A stretch of DNA of 64,000 nucleotides. Source: Euprymna scolopes. Its lineage: Eukaryota. Under the pieces are notes generated by a model. It was given only the letters and a program-made list of their open reading frames with translations. It made no database searches and was not told where the DNA came from. The DNA lies in assembly GCA_053919585.1 (NCBI GenBank), contig CM132788.1. One strand, 5' to 3'. Of the stretch, positions 22,801 to 36,570 are shown one piece after another. How positions within the stretch are numbered: the stretch's first letter is position 1; every line of letters starts with the position of its first letter. The translations under genes were made by a program, and so were the position numbers.

Positions 22801-23660
22801 GATGTTAAGAACAAATTAAGTAAAAGATTCAAAATGACCGATCTTGGCAAAATGTCCGGGTTTATAGGGATATAATTTACTCAAAGCAAAGGACTTGTTA
22901 CGATGTATCAATCAAGATACATCGACAAAATACTATTACAATTTCGAATGGGAGATTGCAAGAAACGCTCTTCCCACGTCGCAAATGATATTAATAAAAA
23001 TATAAACACAGAATCTGAAATGATAAATGACAAACAATACCGCGAAATTATAGGTAGTCTTACATATTTAATGACTTCAATTAGGGCCGATATATGCTAT
23101 ATAGTAACAAAAACTGTAACAAATATTATTACGACCGACAATGAAGGATTTAAACAGAGCTAAACAAGTCCTGCGTTATTTATAGGAACAAAAGAACAGA
23201 TGTTAGTATATAGAAAATCAAAAAAATCCCCTAAAATTTGAAGTATTTTCGGATTCAGATTTGGGAAACGACGAAGATCGAAAGAGTATATCTGGATATT
23301 GTTTAAGACTCTCAGAAAATGGGCCTATTATTTCATGGACATCTAAAAAGCAACAGATTGTATCTCTCTCTACGTGTGAAGCAGAATTAATCGCGATCAC
23401 ACACACGACCCATCTTATCTTAAGAATATCCTAGAGATGATTTTAGAACCAGAATCACCTAAAAACCTCGTAGTTATTAATTGTGATAATCAAGCCAGTA
23501 TAATCTTAGCACACGATAATCAACTAAAGATCTAATCATATAGATATAAAATACAATTTTATAAAAAACGAGGTGAAAAAGGAACCCATTATTTTGAATT
23601 ACATATCATCATCGCTGATGTATTCACGAAACCCGCAACAAGAATAATGTTATAGCGTTT
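19900..23660 (+). pseudogene. Copia gag-pol, multiply frameshifted
   Basis: gag ORF 19934-20482; CYNC knuckle ~20593; FLVDCRATAHV protease; WHNILGH..CDVC integrase zinc finger; NGTEF and SPHQNGTAER core; YKARFVAKGYSQ and LNKSIYGLKQS RT; SDSD and LSTCEAE..IADVFTK RNase H. Confidence 0.9.
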
Positions 23661-24213
23661 TTTTCTCAAAACTTGTTGGGGGATCTGACTGAATATTTTT
23701 CACGGCTCTGTATGTATATAAATTTCTATATATAAAAAATAGTCCTGGACAAGACGTTCGACTGTATCCATTTTATTTCTCTTAACACTTTAACCTATTA
23801 ATGCGTAATTAATACTTCTGCTGAAATAAAACAAAACAAAAAACAAAAAAATCACTTTAAAAAACCCTCTTTGTAATTTTCCTTTTCGACAAAATACTTT
23901 TTGCATGCTGGTGTTAGGGCGCGCAGAAATTACAATTGACTTTTATTTTTTTGTGCACAGTAGTTTTCTTTCTTATTTTTCCGAAATGACCTATCTTGTT
24001 TGCATTGTGTTCATTTACAACAAAACTCTTCAAACGTGTGCATATAACATGTATGTTTATTTTGATGTATATTTATTTATATGTATGCGTTTTTTCTCTT
24101 TTCTTCTTTTTTTTTACAAAACAGCATAATCAAATTTTAGAAAGGGCTTCTTTTTCACATACCAACCCCTTTTTAAAGTTAAAATATCTTCCATTTTTTT
24201 ATTTGTCTTCTCT

Positions 24214-24300
<87 letters not shown>

Positions 24301-24462
24301 TTTTGACATTCGAACACAATTAAAAGTGGCGTCTGTTTGCATGCTAAAATTCTAATATCCAAATTATTTCAAATTATTGTTTTGTATAATTAAATACAAA
24401 ATATATATTTGTCTTTGAACAGAACGAACACAAGGAACTTCCCCATTACAAAAAATAGGGGG

Positions 24463-24834
24463 GTTCAATATTTTGGACGTATAATGGGGTATGATCCCGC
24501 ACAGTGGGGTTATTCTATTTATAAAGGATGTAGCTAGGAACTGACGAATCGAATTAATTCACGTTCTGCTACCAACTAATCAGAAACCAGAATTGCTTCA
24601 TGAATATTAAACCTTTTCTGTAGCAATTTCTCATGTTTTTTCCATCTCGACACGGTAAGAATATTTTGCTCTTTGGAACTGTGTACTGCAAACCAGTCAC
24701 CTCCAAGGACTTGTGTGTAACAACGAACCATCGGAAACTGTTCTGCCTACTGCAAACCAGTCACCACTCAAGACTTGTGTGTAACAACGAACCAGCGGAA
24801 ACTCTTCTGAAACTAAACATGGCTTACACTTCTA
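24463..24834 (+). repeat. 3' LTR preceded by a purine tract (24450-24463)
   Basis: Matches the 5' LTR and ends CTTACACTTCTA. Confidence 0.85.
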
Positions 24835-25189
24835 GAAAAACACGCACACAAACGACAGTAATGAATGATGCATTTTATGTATTGTTTGCCGTGCAGAATT
24901 AGATCGCTTTTACTGCACACGCACACATACACACACACACACACAAACACAAACGGCTCTGATTTTCTAATCATTAATATATTTTTAAGCAGTGCGGAAT
25001 AATATGTCTGTTAATGTCGCAATATTGTATTTTTAATAATCGTTTGTTCATAAAGTTCATATTCGATTACTGGAAGATCAGAATGTTCAGAGCTTAGCAT
25101 ATCAGAATAAGAGAAATATGGCATTTTGCAGTTATTGTTATGAATCAGAAAAAAGGGGGAAGCCACTGTATGTCTGTGTGTTCATGATT

Positions 25190-25520
25190 CAATTATAATG
25201 CGGGTAACAAGTGTAGAATTACGTTCGGTGTTTACTGGGTGAGGGCTATATCTCTAGAAGAAAAGATCATGCCTCTTTTCTCAGAAGCAGGCGCGATTGT
25301 AATGGTGTTGCTCTGAGGATGCAATGTAGCATTTTTCAACGATTTCCTGTGCATATAATGACACCATTTTGTTATATAAGATATTGGCTAATAGTATAGA
25401 CATATTAAATGTTTATGTGGCATCTGTTCGTTCAAATCCTCTGTACATTGGTAGATAGGGTAATTCCTGCTATCATTTTATTATATAGGCTATAACAGTT
25501 TTATTTTAATTTTTGATGTG
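25190..25520 (-). repeat. Dispersed repeat; inverted partner at ~27530-27870
   Basis: Shared blocks AACAGATGC, CTATTAGCCA.TATCTTAT, GAGCAACACCAT.ACAATCGCG, TCTACACTTGT. Confidence 0.7.
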
Positions 25521-26100
25521 TAAAGAAATACTAACACTTAATGAACATATTTTGATTATAAAGTGTATAATTTAGTTATAAAATTAAAAAAAAAATAAAA
25601 ATGCTTGGCGAATATTCCTTTTTTATATTTGCTTTACAAAATTTTCATTATATATTGTGTTTATCATTTATACCTTAAAACTGGTCTGCCGTAACTTCCG
25701 CTGAATGTCTTTGATAGCAAAATAATGCGACTCTTAATGAAAGGGTATTTTGGCATTGTGATAATTAATATGTCTAAATTCATAATTATGCATCGAACGG
25801 ATACCATAATACTTCGTTCGACATCTTATCATTATAATATACAATAAAACATCTGTCAATTATTATTTTAATATCTATATGAAATTAAGAGAGGATAATA
25901 ACACAGATACAGGGAGTATAATCAAGGTATACGTAAAAACGAGTCCGAGTATTCTTTCTATCTTTATGTTGTTCATTTCTACATTTACGCGAACTTTTCT
26001 CTTAGGTTTCGTTACAATATACTGTGTAGGCATTACTTCTGTATACTAACTATTCCATAGCCAGCTATTACATGTACTGACCCAACGGGTCACGATTAAT

Positions 26101-26137
<37 letters not shown>

Positions 26138-26149
26138 CTAGATTCATCT

Positions 26150-26186
26150 ACTCTGATGAGTCGTAGACGATGAAACACGTGTCAGT
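26150..26186 (+). ncRNA. Minimal type I hammerhead ribozyme (Penelope type)
   Basis: ACT-CTGATGA(26153-26159)-GTCG TAGA CGAT-GAAA-CACGTG-TC-AGT; palindromic stem III; runs into an N gap. Confidence 0.75.
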
Positions 26187-26559
26187 NNNNNNNNNNNNNN
26201 NNNNNNNNNNNNNNNNNNNNNNNNNNNNNNNNNNNNNNNNNNNNNNNNNNNNNNNNNNNNNNNNNNNNNNNNNNNNNNNNNNNNNNNNNNNNNNNNNNNN
26301 NNNNNNNNNNNNNNNNNNNNNNNNNNNNNNNNNNNNNNNNNNNNNNNNNNNNNNNNNNNNNNNNNNNNNNNNNNNNNNNNNNNNNNNNNNNNNNNNNTGC
26401 CGGTTGTTTTCTCATCTTTGACTACTGCCCTAAGATTCAATTACCAAATGATGCTAGGTTACCGATTTAATAAATGATGCAGTCAGAAAATAGTATACAG
26501 ATATAATGATCTAGCGTATACCTGAAGAACACATAGTTTAGTGTTTTACAAACAAACAA

Positions 26560-26990
26560 ATGGTTGTTTTTCTCTTTTAGTTGACGTTTTTAATCCATTT
26601 TGGTTCAACCAATGTTTTATCACCCTAGCAGGGTTACAAAGCGCCCCGCCTTCCATGATTAGGGAGTTAACAATTCATTTTGGCACTAAAGAATATTTGT
26701 AGGAGTCCTTAATATAATCCTGAAACATATTTAATATAATTATTCACACACCATCAGGTCTGAGCGGTTATCACTCTAAATCTTACCCATACCATAACCT
26801 AAAATCCGCTCCCATTTTTCAGCGATGGCTGCAGTATTTCAAAGTAAAACTCTTGCCGAGGGGGCCTCAATAGTCATATCCTTCTATAGTCGGAAAATAA
26901 TTAAAATCGTTACTTATTAAAGAAAATGACATTGATCTAACAAGTCATAGGTATTTTCACCATCTCACGAGCCAAATCTTTTCTTCGCTT
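26560..26990 (-). mobile_element. Decayed Tc1-like transposase fragment
   Basis: Minus translation NVIFFNK*RF*LFSDYRR (cf. VIFSDESRF), VMVW..NRSDLMV, KHWLNQNG. Confidence 0.5.
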
Positions 26991-29369
26991 TCTACTGGTA
27001 GGGCGAAGATGAGGTTTCCTTTTTTGCAACTCCCCCATAGAAGCTCAGCTTGTGAAGATACCTGACAACTGTTCTGAGACTGACACCAGCTTGTGTTTCA
27101 ATGTCAGAGGCTCGTCAACATTTATGTTCACAAGACACAAGGTACTTTAATAGTCCCGGGGCGACTAAGATAAGGTTTTGTGCAATCTTTGTACTCTCTT
27201 CCGAATTGTCCCATCCCACTCTTTACAGTAGACATGAGTATCGGAATATTTTCTGCAATTTGGCGTTAATGAACTTGATCTTCATTATCATTTAGGATTT
27301 GTCCTCGCAGAATTTCATATAGGGCTGATGCTACGATGGTTCTTGATATGCTTCAATGTAATTAGAAAAAAAAATTAATAAGATTCTCTTAGTTATTTTA
27401 GCAATAGTATTGTCTGTAAATATTAATAAGCATACATTAGTTTTTATCTGTAAATATTAATACGTACACATTAATCCTAGGAAATCTAGAAAATGGGTAT
27501 GGCGTAAGAAATAATTGCCTTGGTTAATAGCTAAATAAAAATAAAAATGGTATCGCTTATATAATAAAATAATTACAGAAGTACCCCTCTGAACCAACGT
27601 ACCCTAAGTCTGCAACAACAGATGCTGCATACAAATTTAATATGCCTTCACTATTAGCCACTATCTTATGTAAATTTAGAATATCATTATAGAAACATTT
27701 ACTCGTTTTAAAAAAAATACTACATTACATCCTTGGAGCAACACCATCACAATCGCGTCACTGTCAGAGATAGGACTTCCTTTTTCCCCTCTAGAAATGT
27801 AGTCCTCCTACTATCACTAGTAGACACCGGGAGTAAATCTACACTTGTCACAGATAATAATGTTATATGCATCGTGACTGGACTTTAGGAAACATTTTTC
27901 ATAATGTCTATTATTTTCTGTCATGGCTGTGTACCAAGGACATTATTTATTATGCAATTCCCATTCAGTCAATACACACTCTTTTGAGTTTATTGTATGA
28001 TGTACAGTATCACCATGTGAATTGGTAAAAAGCCCTAATAATTTCATCGACTTTGTGTTTAGCTTTGCAACAATATTTTATAATATTTATTACTAAAAAA
28101 ACTATAGATTACTTTTCACATAGCTGTGTAAAGTTGTATTTTTTATCAATAGAATGTAATAATATTGTAAGGTCATTATTCGTTCGGCACGCAGTTCTTT
28201 TATAGTATTCATATAAAAGTAAAATAGTCTACAAAACTATATATTTTCTCCAACTTTATTGCCCCACAAAATGATAACATTTCTATTTCATCCTGTGAAA
28301 TGACGTTCGATAATATTTTTTTCTATGGAGCATTGATAATCGACATATTGCTGAGTCTGTTTAATCGGGCGCAGCTTTCCTNNNNNNNNNNNNNNNNNNN
28401 NNNNNNNNNNNNNNNNNNNNNNNNNNNNNNNNNNNNNNNNNNNNNNNNNNNNNNNNNNNNNNNNNNNNNNNNNNNNNNNNNNNNNNNNNNNNNNNNNNNN
28501 NNNNNNNNNNNNNNNNNNNNNNNNNNNNAATATATAATTTTTCATAAAAAAGATTAGAAAACAATTTTTGTTTGGAAATGTTTGTTAGTTTGTGGCTGTC
28601 GATTTAAGCCTCTCAGAAAAACCAGTCATCTGTTCATTATGGTTGCATAAAAAATGATTTCCGATGATGTCTATTTTTTATAGGTGTTTGATGGTCTCAA
28701 ATCATGACTAAAGAAACAAAAATGAGATCTATAAATGTGAAAACTCAACCGTAAGCTGTCACAAGACATTTTTTTTTTTATCTTAAGAGGATTAATTGAG
28801 TGGAAAGTTAAAAATCTGAAATATCAATTAATTTCCTGATTATTTTAGGAATCACTTCAAGAATGATTAGACGTCGCGTTGACATTCGCTACTCGAAACC
28901 AACATTTTTGACACTAGGATAAAAAGTGTCTCTCGAATTAATTAAGTTCGGCCCGTTTCTTTATTTCTTTTTTAAGTATGTTTATTTACGATCAATATTT
29001 ATTGCAGTATTGTGGGAAAAGTTATATCTAAGCTTCGTTACTTTACATGACTTAGTATTGTATGCATAGGGTTTAAGCAACGGCATGAAAATTCTTCAAT
29101 AGCAAAGCCTGTAACTTTGTCTGTTTGAAGTTGTATAAAATGTAGCAACATCATTCTTCAATTTTGAAAAGTCATTGACAAAATTATAAAACTTATAATG
29201 TAACAAAATATAAAACATAGCGAGAATGTCTTATTTATCATAGTTTGCAAACCGAACATATATTGGCATCTTTATACATAAACTATCAGTTGTTATAACT
29301 CAATTAAGTTATGCAGCCGGGAACTAAATGATCCATTTGAAGGTAATATAATATATATGATGATTGCAA

Positions 29370-29758
29370 CATCTTGTCAGACGAGCGCCACTCCCTCAGA
29401 CACTTAACGTCTATGAGACCAAAAATGATTTCCATCCCCATAGAACCATTTTTATAGACAAATGTCTGAGAGAGCATCAGAGGATGATGTTACAGAGTCT
29501 TAGCTTTGTACGAGAGCTAAGTCTCTCTCTCGGCTTGAGTTCCAGCAACAAGCAAGAGCAAGATATCCAGCAACAAGTTAAACTGCAGACCCATTAAATG
29601 CGGGCACTGGTCTCCCGCTTTATGTGTCTGTGTTTTTTTTTTAAATTAGAGATTTCCTTCTCCTAGAAAGTTTGCCTTCACCACGGCTTACGGGAGCCGT
29701 ATCCACCCCAGCACACTCATAGATACGCACAAACTCACACAGTGCTAGTTGCCCGTTG

Positions 29759-29760
<2 letters not shown>
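29370..29760 (-). mobile_element. Probable RTE-clade 5' UTR fragment
   Basis: Minus strand GGCAAACTTTCTAGGAGAAGGAAATCTCT resembles a motif I recall from RTE 5' UTRs. Confidence 0.3.
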
Positions 29761-29821
<61 letters not shown>

Positions 29822-29822
<1 letters not shown>

Positions 29823-30251
29823 TAGCATTTCAGCACGGCGTTCCCGGGTGTTTAGAGGTGTATGCTGAGCAAAACAAAAACAAAAAAAAACGGTCATTTT
29901 TTTTTTAATTTGACCCCTATTATGATTCCTTAACATTTATTGTTTGGAGCTCAAATTGACGTATTGAGTTAGATCCATGCCCAAGGAACCTATATCAAAA
30001 ATTTCAAGTGTTTAGACCTAAAACTGTTAGAGGAGTTTGGTAGAGTTCTCAAAGGTCAAATCGTTTAACTTTTTGACCCCGTAACAGACGCATTTCTTGC
30101 TATAAAACTGATCACAAAGATTTTCGCAAATCTCAGTACCCTGTATATCAAATTTCGAGTCCGCAGACTAAAACTTGACAGATTTATTGGGTACGGAAAT
30201 GTACATAGACACACAGACAGACAGACACGTTCACTGTTATAGATGTATAGA
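29822..30251 (-). mobile_element. Complete non-autonomous Helitron (family A)
   Basis: Minus 5' TC, 3' CCCGGGAACGCCGTG..GCTAG, inserted between A and T; homologous to 9851-10268. Confidence 0.82.
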
Positions 30252-30303
30252 TGATAACAATATTTAGAATAATAATAAAAAGTTTAATAAGAAGAATAAG
30301 AAT

Positions 30304-30344
<41 letters not shown>

Positions 30345-30824
30345 TTTGTTGTCAATCATAACTGATATGAAAAGGAAAAATGGAAAAAGATTGATGGGAA
30401 AGGTTGGTGATACAGACTCAAAGTGATCCAGAAAGAATAAAAAGCAAACCGCCCGTAGCCAATCCTTCTTTTTCCTAGTTTGCTTGAGTCGATCTGTAGG
30501 GATTTTTGCTAATAAGATAAAGAATCTTTTTTTCTCCTGTTATTAATTTCTTTATTAAATCATTTTATTAATTACTTTTGATATGAAACGAAACTCTCAT
30601 AGAGATTAGATAAAACCGTGAAATTAGAATTAATAATATCAAATAATTATTAATCATAAATTGTCTAACAAAGAATTATGGAAATACAGCATTCTTATGA
30701 CTCATCTGATGAATGTGTATTTCTACTATATTTATAGACTCTATCCAAATTATCTTTTGCATTAAAAACTTAAATGAGAGTTTACCGTCTTGATGATAAT
30801 TCAGGAGTGGAAAATGTATAAGGA

Positions 30825-30889
<65 letters not shown>

Positions 30890-32984
30890 TTCAATAATCT
30901 ACAAAACTATATCAGGATGATTTTAAGATTTAAATATTAGACCACGTTTATATTTTTAATTGTTGTGACACACACTCCCTATATAAAACTCAGTGAAATA
31001 CACACATGAGAATGTATGTTTTAAAGCAAACGGCAATATAACGTTGCTGTTAGATAATTTATCGGCGATTACATTTTGTATATTTAGATAAAAATATAAT
31101 ATATGGTTATATTTCCTGTATGTCAGTTAGTTGGGCTTCATTTCGAAATGGATCCATAATTGTTAAAATGCCAGAATGGAGAGCCATATTTTATTTAAGG
31201 TGGGTTGAAGTACACTTATAAAAGCCCGTCTGGCTGGCGGAGTTTTACAGTTAAGTTTTAAACGGTGTCATCGTAGCTCGTTTATAGACAAGTTCTAAAT
31301 AGGATTATCGTGTTTCTGTCTCGCCAAATCTAAAACAATGGCAACTGCCGCAGACGTAGATTAAGTTAAATAGAAACATTTTATTTTAAATTAATCTAAT
31401 CTCTTATATTAGCTAATTTGTCCCGAGATCAGGTTGCTAATTTACACATAGAACGCACTTGTGTCCCTCTTGGTTCAATTTACTAATTATTTTCAGTGAA
31501 TTGTTTATAATGTCATGTCGAAATAGTTAAGTCAGTTTACCAATATAGTCACTGCTTATCTGCAATATAATGTTTTGAAAAATTTGGTTTGTTAAATAGT
31601 TCAGGCTTTTTAAAATAAAATTTTCTCGTAGTGACACCAGTTTTTATTTGTTTTTAATTAGGAACGTTACTATTAAACTCATATATATTTGTAATAGTCT
31701 CACAAGATGTAGAGTCGGCATTCAAATTCTCCGAGATTATTATTCTGGGAGACCGATAAAGAAACAATGAAAACCATATATTTGCTCTGTAGCGTATAGT
31801 TTTGATTCGAGCGTCTTTTAATTCGCAATTAGACTTTAAAAAACACAGACTCTAATTTCTCAACACATGCAAAACCTCCTTGATAATAAAATGTTAATGT
31901 TGTTTCAAAATAAATTCTATGAAATACACTAACTTAAAACACACATTAATTTTATTAACTGTTAAAAAATTGATAGAATTTACATATCTTCATAATTATA
32001 AACGACACCGTAAAATAGACACAAATCATGAATAAAATCTTAACGTTGTAATCACACTCATAGTCTCTAGGTAGCAATACTTAATAAGCTCATGTGTCTC
32101 ATTTTGCATTAAAAATCAACTCTTTTAAACTTGTATTTTTTTGGTCAATACTTTTTTCTATTCCTAATCCTAATTGATCCGTTGATATGACAGTTCAACT
32201 AATGAAATTTCGCCACGACTAGAAGCATCTCTCTATTCGGTCGCATCTCTTAGAACACCTTATGACCTTATCGACACTGCTATTTTCGAGTCCAAATCGC
32301 ATCCTTTTAAAACTCCATTTTATTAGAGAAGACCACCATTCATTCATAATTCCAATTTATCAGCTGACAAGGAAGTTACATCAATGTAAAGTTGCAGCGT
32401 CCGTCTGTCTTAATATCAGCAAGAATATGAGGAACAAAGATATATGATTTGTCATAAAGGTCTGTTCATTTCTGCCGAGGCGACCTATTCAGCTAGCACT
32501 AGCAGGGTACACGCGATGATATTTCTATTACGCTAACAGATCGAATATATTTCGTCAGCTAAAAAAAAAGAATATATCTTCTTCTGTAACACCATTTCAG
32601 AGTGTACATGAAACGATGCTGAAATTTAAAGAGTGGCAACTGATTCAAATTCATTTATTTCTTTATTTCAGTACAAAGATATTTGAGTGTCTGTGCCCAT
32701 TAACAACCCATAGGCTGTTCTCATTTTCAAATATCAAATTCACTTAAATATATGTACGTCGACATGTATAAAAAACATGGCGGTGCGCATTACTTTTTTA
32801 CCGATATGAATAAAATTTTGGGTGTACGTGTCTGTGTATATGTTAATATTAAACCGATAAAGTCTTAAACAACTCTAACTTCATGCTGAATTTAAAAGTA
32901 AATTATGATTCACCAATAATTGTTTGTAACGGGTAAAGCCTTTGTTTTTTTCGATAAATAACACGTGATGACATACACTGGCAG

Positions 32985-33665
32985 GAATAGAGAGGAGTAT
33001 ACAAAACGGCAACTGAAGGCAAGACTAGAAGGATTGAAATAACATAAGAGGGCGGACAGGTACATAGAAGAACTGAACCAGAACTACATTGACAAGGAGG
33101 CTTCACTTCAATGGCTTAAAAGTGACAAATTTCAATTTGACGAAGAACGCTTAATTATAGCTGCACAAGATCAAGGCTTACTCATAAATGGATTTAAGAA
33201 AATCGCTGGTCTACAAAAGACCGACCAATACAGATTCTGTCACTCGGCTGTTTAAAGCCCAAGCCACCAAATGTCTGGATGCTAGATCCTTCTATCCGAT
33301 AATCATTACATTGCCCGCCACAACAAAGTATGTAGATACTTACACTGGAAGATCTGTGGAGAGAGGCAACTACATAGGTCGTCGAACATCTGGGAACATG
33401 GTCCACCACCGATAACAATAAACGGAAAAGTGACAGTGTCTACGACAAAACATACAGACAGGCAGATACATAAAAGACAAGGCCATGAAGCCAGATTAGT
33501 AATATGGAACAATCCCGAAATAACTGCTCTATTTATCGACGTCACAGTTCAAAATGACGTTGGCCTTAGTAAAGCCGAACGGGAAAAGGTAACGAAATAT
33601 CAGGACCTAAAAATGATCTAAAAACGACACGGTCTTTTAAAAAATAAAAATTATGCCGGTTGTGT
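32985..33665 (+). mobile_element. R4/Dong-like non-LTR fragment (zinc knuckle + REL endonuclease)
   Basis: DKEASLQWL..EERLIIAAQDQGL..RFCH..SHQMSGC..YIARHNKVCRYLHWKIC..IWEH..LFIDVTV..AEREKVTKYQDL. Confidence 0.85.
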
Positions 33666-33932
33666 TCATATAAAGCATTCATCTGTTCTTTTTATAATAA
33701 ATGTTCCGTGTCCAAAAAGAAAGATTTACTGCCAAATTTCTTTTAAAAAAAAGTGCAAGTTTTCCTGAAAAAAAAAACAAAGAAACTTTCATCTAACATT
33801 TTATGGTAAAAAATTAATGTTGTGGGAGGGAAAGAACTTTTATTGATAAAAAATTGCAAAAAATAATAAAAAGTAAATAACTGAACAAATGCAATTTCTC
33901 TTGAGGAAAGTGTTTCATTTAAAAAAACTGAA

Positions 33933-33962
33933 CCACAGCAACGCGTGGCTGGGTACAGCTAT
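33933..33962 (+). mobile_element. Helitron 3' terminus (family B)
   Basis: CCACAGCAACGCGTGGCTGGGTACAGCTAT, near-identical to 40973-41000. Confidence 0.65.
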
Positions 33963-34327
33963 TTAGGAAAAATAATTTATTATTTTCGAAATTTCCTGCT
34001 TGTCTCATTGGCTGAGAACTGACATAGCCATTATTCAGGAATAAACAAAATACTTAAAAAATGAACGCGCTAGACCTTAAACAAAATAGTGTCTCTACAG
34101 GAAGTCATATTTTTTATAAATAAACCAACTAAAACATCTTAACTTATTATAATCGTACTTTTACGTATTAATACCTTCACCGTTACATACGCAGCCATTG
34201 TCGCCTCGAAACATGTTAAATCAGTTCATATATAATGCGTTATCATATGAATTATGGACCCATGTATACCAAAATATGTCAAATTACTGCATTTGCACGT
34301 ATAAATGTATATTTACGCATGCGTAGT

Positions 34328-34575
34328 GGAGCACATATCACGGTGCCAAGCCGGTTTTCGCCAGATCACCGAAGCCTGGGCACCACCAGATGGGTGACCA
34401 TTTGGGAAGTCGAGGCGCTGTATGTACCGCTGTATGTACTGAGAAACTGAGGCGGTCTATCCTTCTCTCGGGTATAGATGGGACTCTCTTAAACCGCGGT
34501 AGACACCCCGTATTGTGATGGCGTCACGAATAAAAATACTCTTGATAGAGTGAAATTACACTACACTCTCGTGTT
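34328..34575 (+). mobile_element. 5S rRNA-derived SINE
   Basis: CATATCACGGTG..CCGGTTTTCGCCAGATCACCGAAGC[del]CTGG..GATGGGTGACC..TGGGAA..GCGCTGTA aligns to 5S rRNA and is followed by a non-5S body. Confidence 0.7.
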
Positions 34576-34930
34576 GTGAGTTTAATCTCGGCCGCGGCCG
34601 TGCTGGATAGATGGATTAGAGCACTAACGGTCGTCTTACCCGTGTCAAGATCCAACATTCNNNNNNNNNNNNNNNNNNNNNNNNNNNNNNNNNNNNNNNN
34701 NNNNNNNNNNNNNNNNNNNNNNNNNNNNNNNNNNNNNNNNNNNNNNNNNNNNNNNNNNNNNNNNNNNNNNNNNNNNNNNNNNNNNNNNNNNNNNTAAAGA
34801 GCAGAGTATATTTTAATGAATTAGTAAATTCATTAATACAATTAAAATAAAAGAAAAGAAAACAGTGCTCGTTGTAATGTAGATAGATAATAGTCTTACT
34901 ACGCATATATATCCTAGAGCTATTTGAATA

Positions 34931-35591
34931 AGTAAAATGATTGATAATTTATAATAAAAATTAAAATAACACTTAAAAATCGGGTTCATAATGAAAACAA
35001 ACAAAAGTAATAAATTGTACGATCGTTTCGGAAAAAATGTTTTTATTGTGCTTGACAATAATTTTACGATATAGTTTTTTTGAAACAAAGTCTCCTCATC
35101 AGCAAAAAATATTGGGTGTTTTTTTCCTAAAGACGACAAAATAAACCTATCATTTTTGTAAGTAATGCAGATGTATCTTTTAATGATCGCCTTCTAAAAG
35201 TTGTACGTATCATTGCCAATGCATTCATTGGGGTGGAGGATGTAGTTTATGAATGCTTGAAAATGTTGATATATACAAACTTTCCATAAAGGTATTGACG
35301 ATGATACGTACGATTTCAGAAGGCGAACCATTAAAACATATATCTGTTTCTTAAAAAAATGTACGGGTTATTTTTGGTGTCTTTAGAAAAAAACACCTAA
35401 TATTGTTGCCGATGAGGAGACTTTATTTTAAAAGAAAACTATATAATAAAATTAGTGTAGAAGTCTCATTGTCTATCATAATAAAAACATCGTTTCTGAA
35501 ACGATCGTACAATTTATTGATTTTGTTTGTTCTTCCTTATGAAACCGATTTTTAATTTCAATTTTAATTAAAAATTATCAATCATCTTACT
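34931..35591. mobile_element. Foldback/MITE palindrome
   Basis: ~290-bp arms (e.g. AATAAATTGTACGATCGTTTC / GAAACGATCGTACAATTTATT) around a ~70-bp spacer. Confidence 0.8.
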
Positions 35592-35611
35592 GATATATCT
35601 AAGTATATAAA

Positions 35612-35642
<31 letters not shown>

Positions 35643-36570
35643 CCGTATATGTATGTATGTATGTATATATATATATGTATATATCTATATATATAAAAAT
35701 GTAAAGTTAGTTCGTTCTAAAGAAATAAAACCATGTTTATACGTTACCAATTTATTTGAAATTTTCAGACAACCAATTTTTAGAGTCGAGGTATGCTTTT
35801 ATGTTATTAAAATAAATTTACCTAATTAAAATTAAAATATTAAATAAAATAAATATATTTATTTATCGGTTCTGCGAATCTGTTCTGTTGATAAAACTGA
35901 ACTTCCGGTTCGATTCATTTCACAGCCACGATTTGAGGAAAGGTATAATTTTCTGTTAACTCGATAAGTAAAAAAACAAAAAACAAAAAAAACATATTTC
36001 ATTTGTTTATCTTCCTAATTTTTTAATTTACACATCTTTTCTTTATTATATAAGGCAAAAAAAAAAGTTTGGTGCTTGCATTTGAGATTTTTTTATATAT
36101 AAGATTACTCATGCAGAGAGTGATCCGTGCTGAAATAATGTTATTATTTAAAAAGTCATTCTTAACATGGGGAGGTAAGGATGTTTTGTACCTATTCTGT
36201 ACTTTAACCTTACAATTGAATAAAAAAAATCGTAAAACGTTATTTAAACGTGGAAATATGATTTAAAAATAGCGCGGCTCTCTGCATTAGCACCATTTTT
36301 ATTTATTGTTGTTGTTTCACGAATTTTCGGCCAAATATTCCTCTGCCCTTCATGAAAAGAAGTCCTTTTATAAATGTTCAGTAACTTTTTCCTTTTATTA
36401 TTCTTAAAGAGTCAAACTTTTCTTATTCATGAAAGGAGTTAAGCCTACGTAAATAAATAAATGTTTGTACACGTGACAAATTATCAATAAATGGTTTAGT
36501 TACTTTTTTTAAAAAATGTAAAAGTGCGAAAGGCGACGTTACGTTGTACAAACATTACTCCCATGCTTTA

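Larger units (their letters stand above)
19507..24834 (+). mobile_element. Ty1/copia LTR retrotransposon, full-length but inactivated
   Basis: Two diverged LTRs, PBS, and gag-PR-IN-RT-RH domain order. Confidence 0.92.

Noticed and set aside
27000-27350. RTE-like coding remnant on the minus strand
   Set aside because: Only a vague resemblance; no diagnostic motif readable.
31215-31225. TATA box (TATAAAAG)
   Set aside because: Expected by chance in AT-rich DNA; no downstream gene evidence.
35090-35105. CTGATGAG on the minus strand (also CTGACGA in the copia LTRs and CTGATGA at ~30707)
   Set aside because: No correctly placed stem II, GAAA or NUH, so these are not hammerheads.
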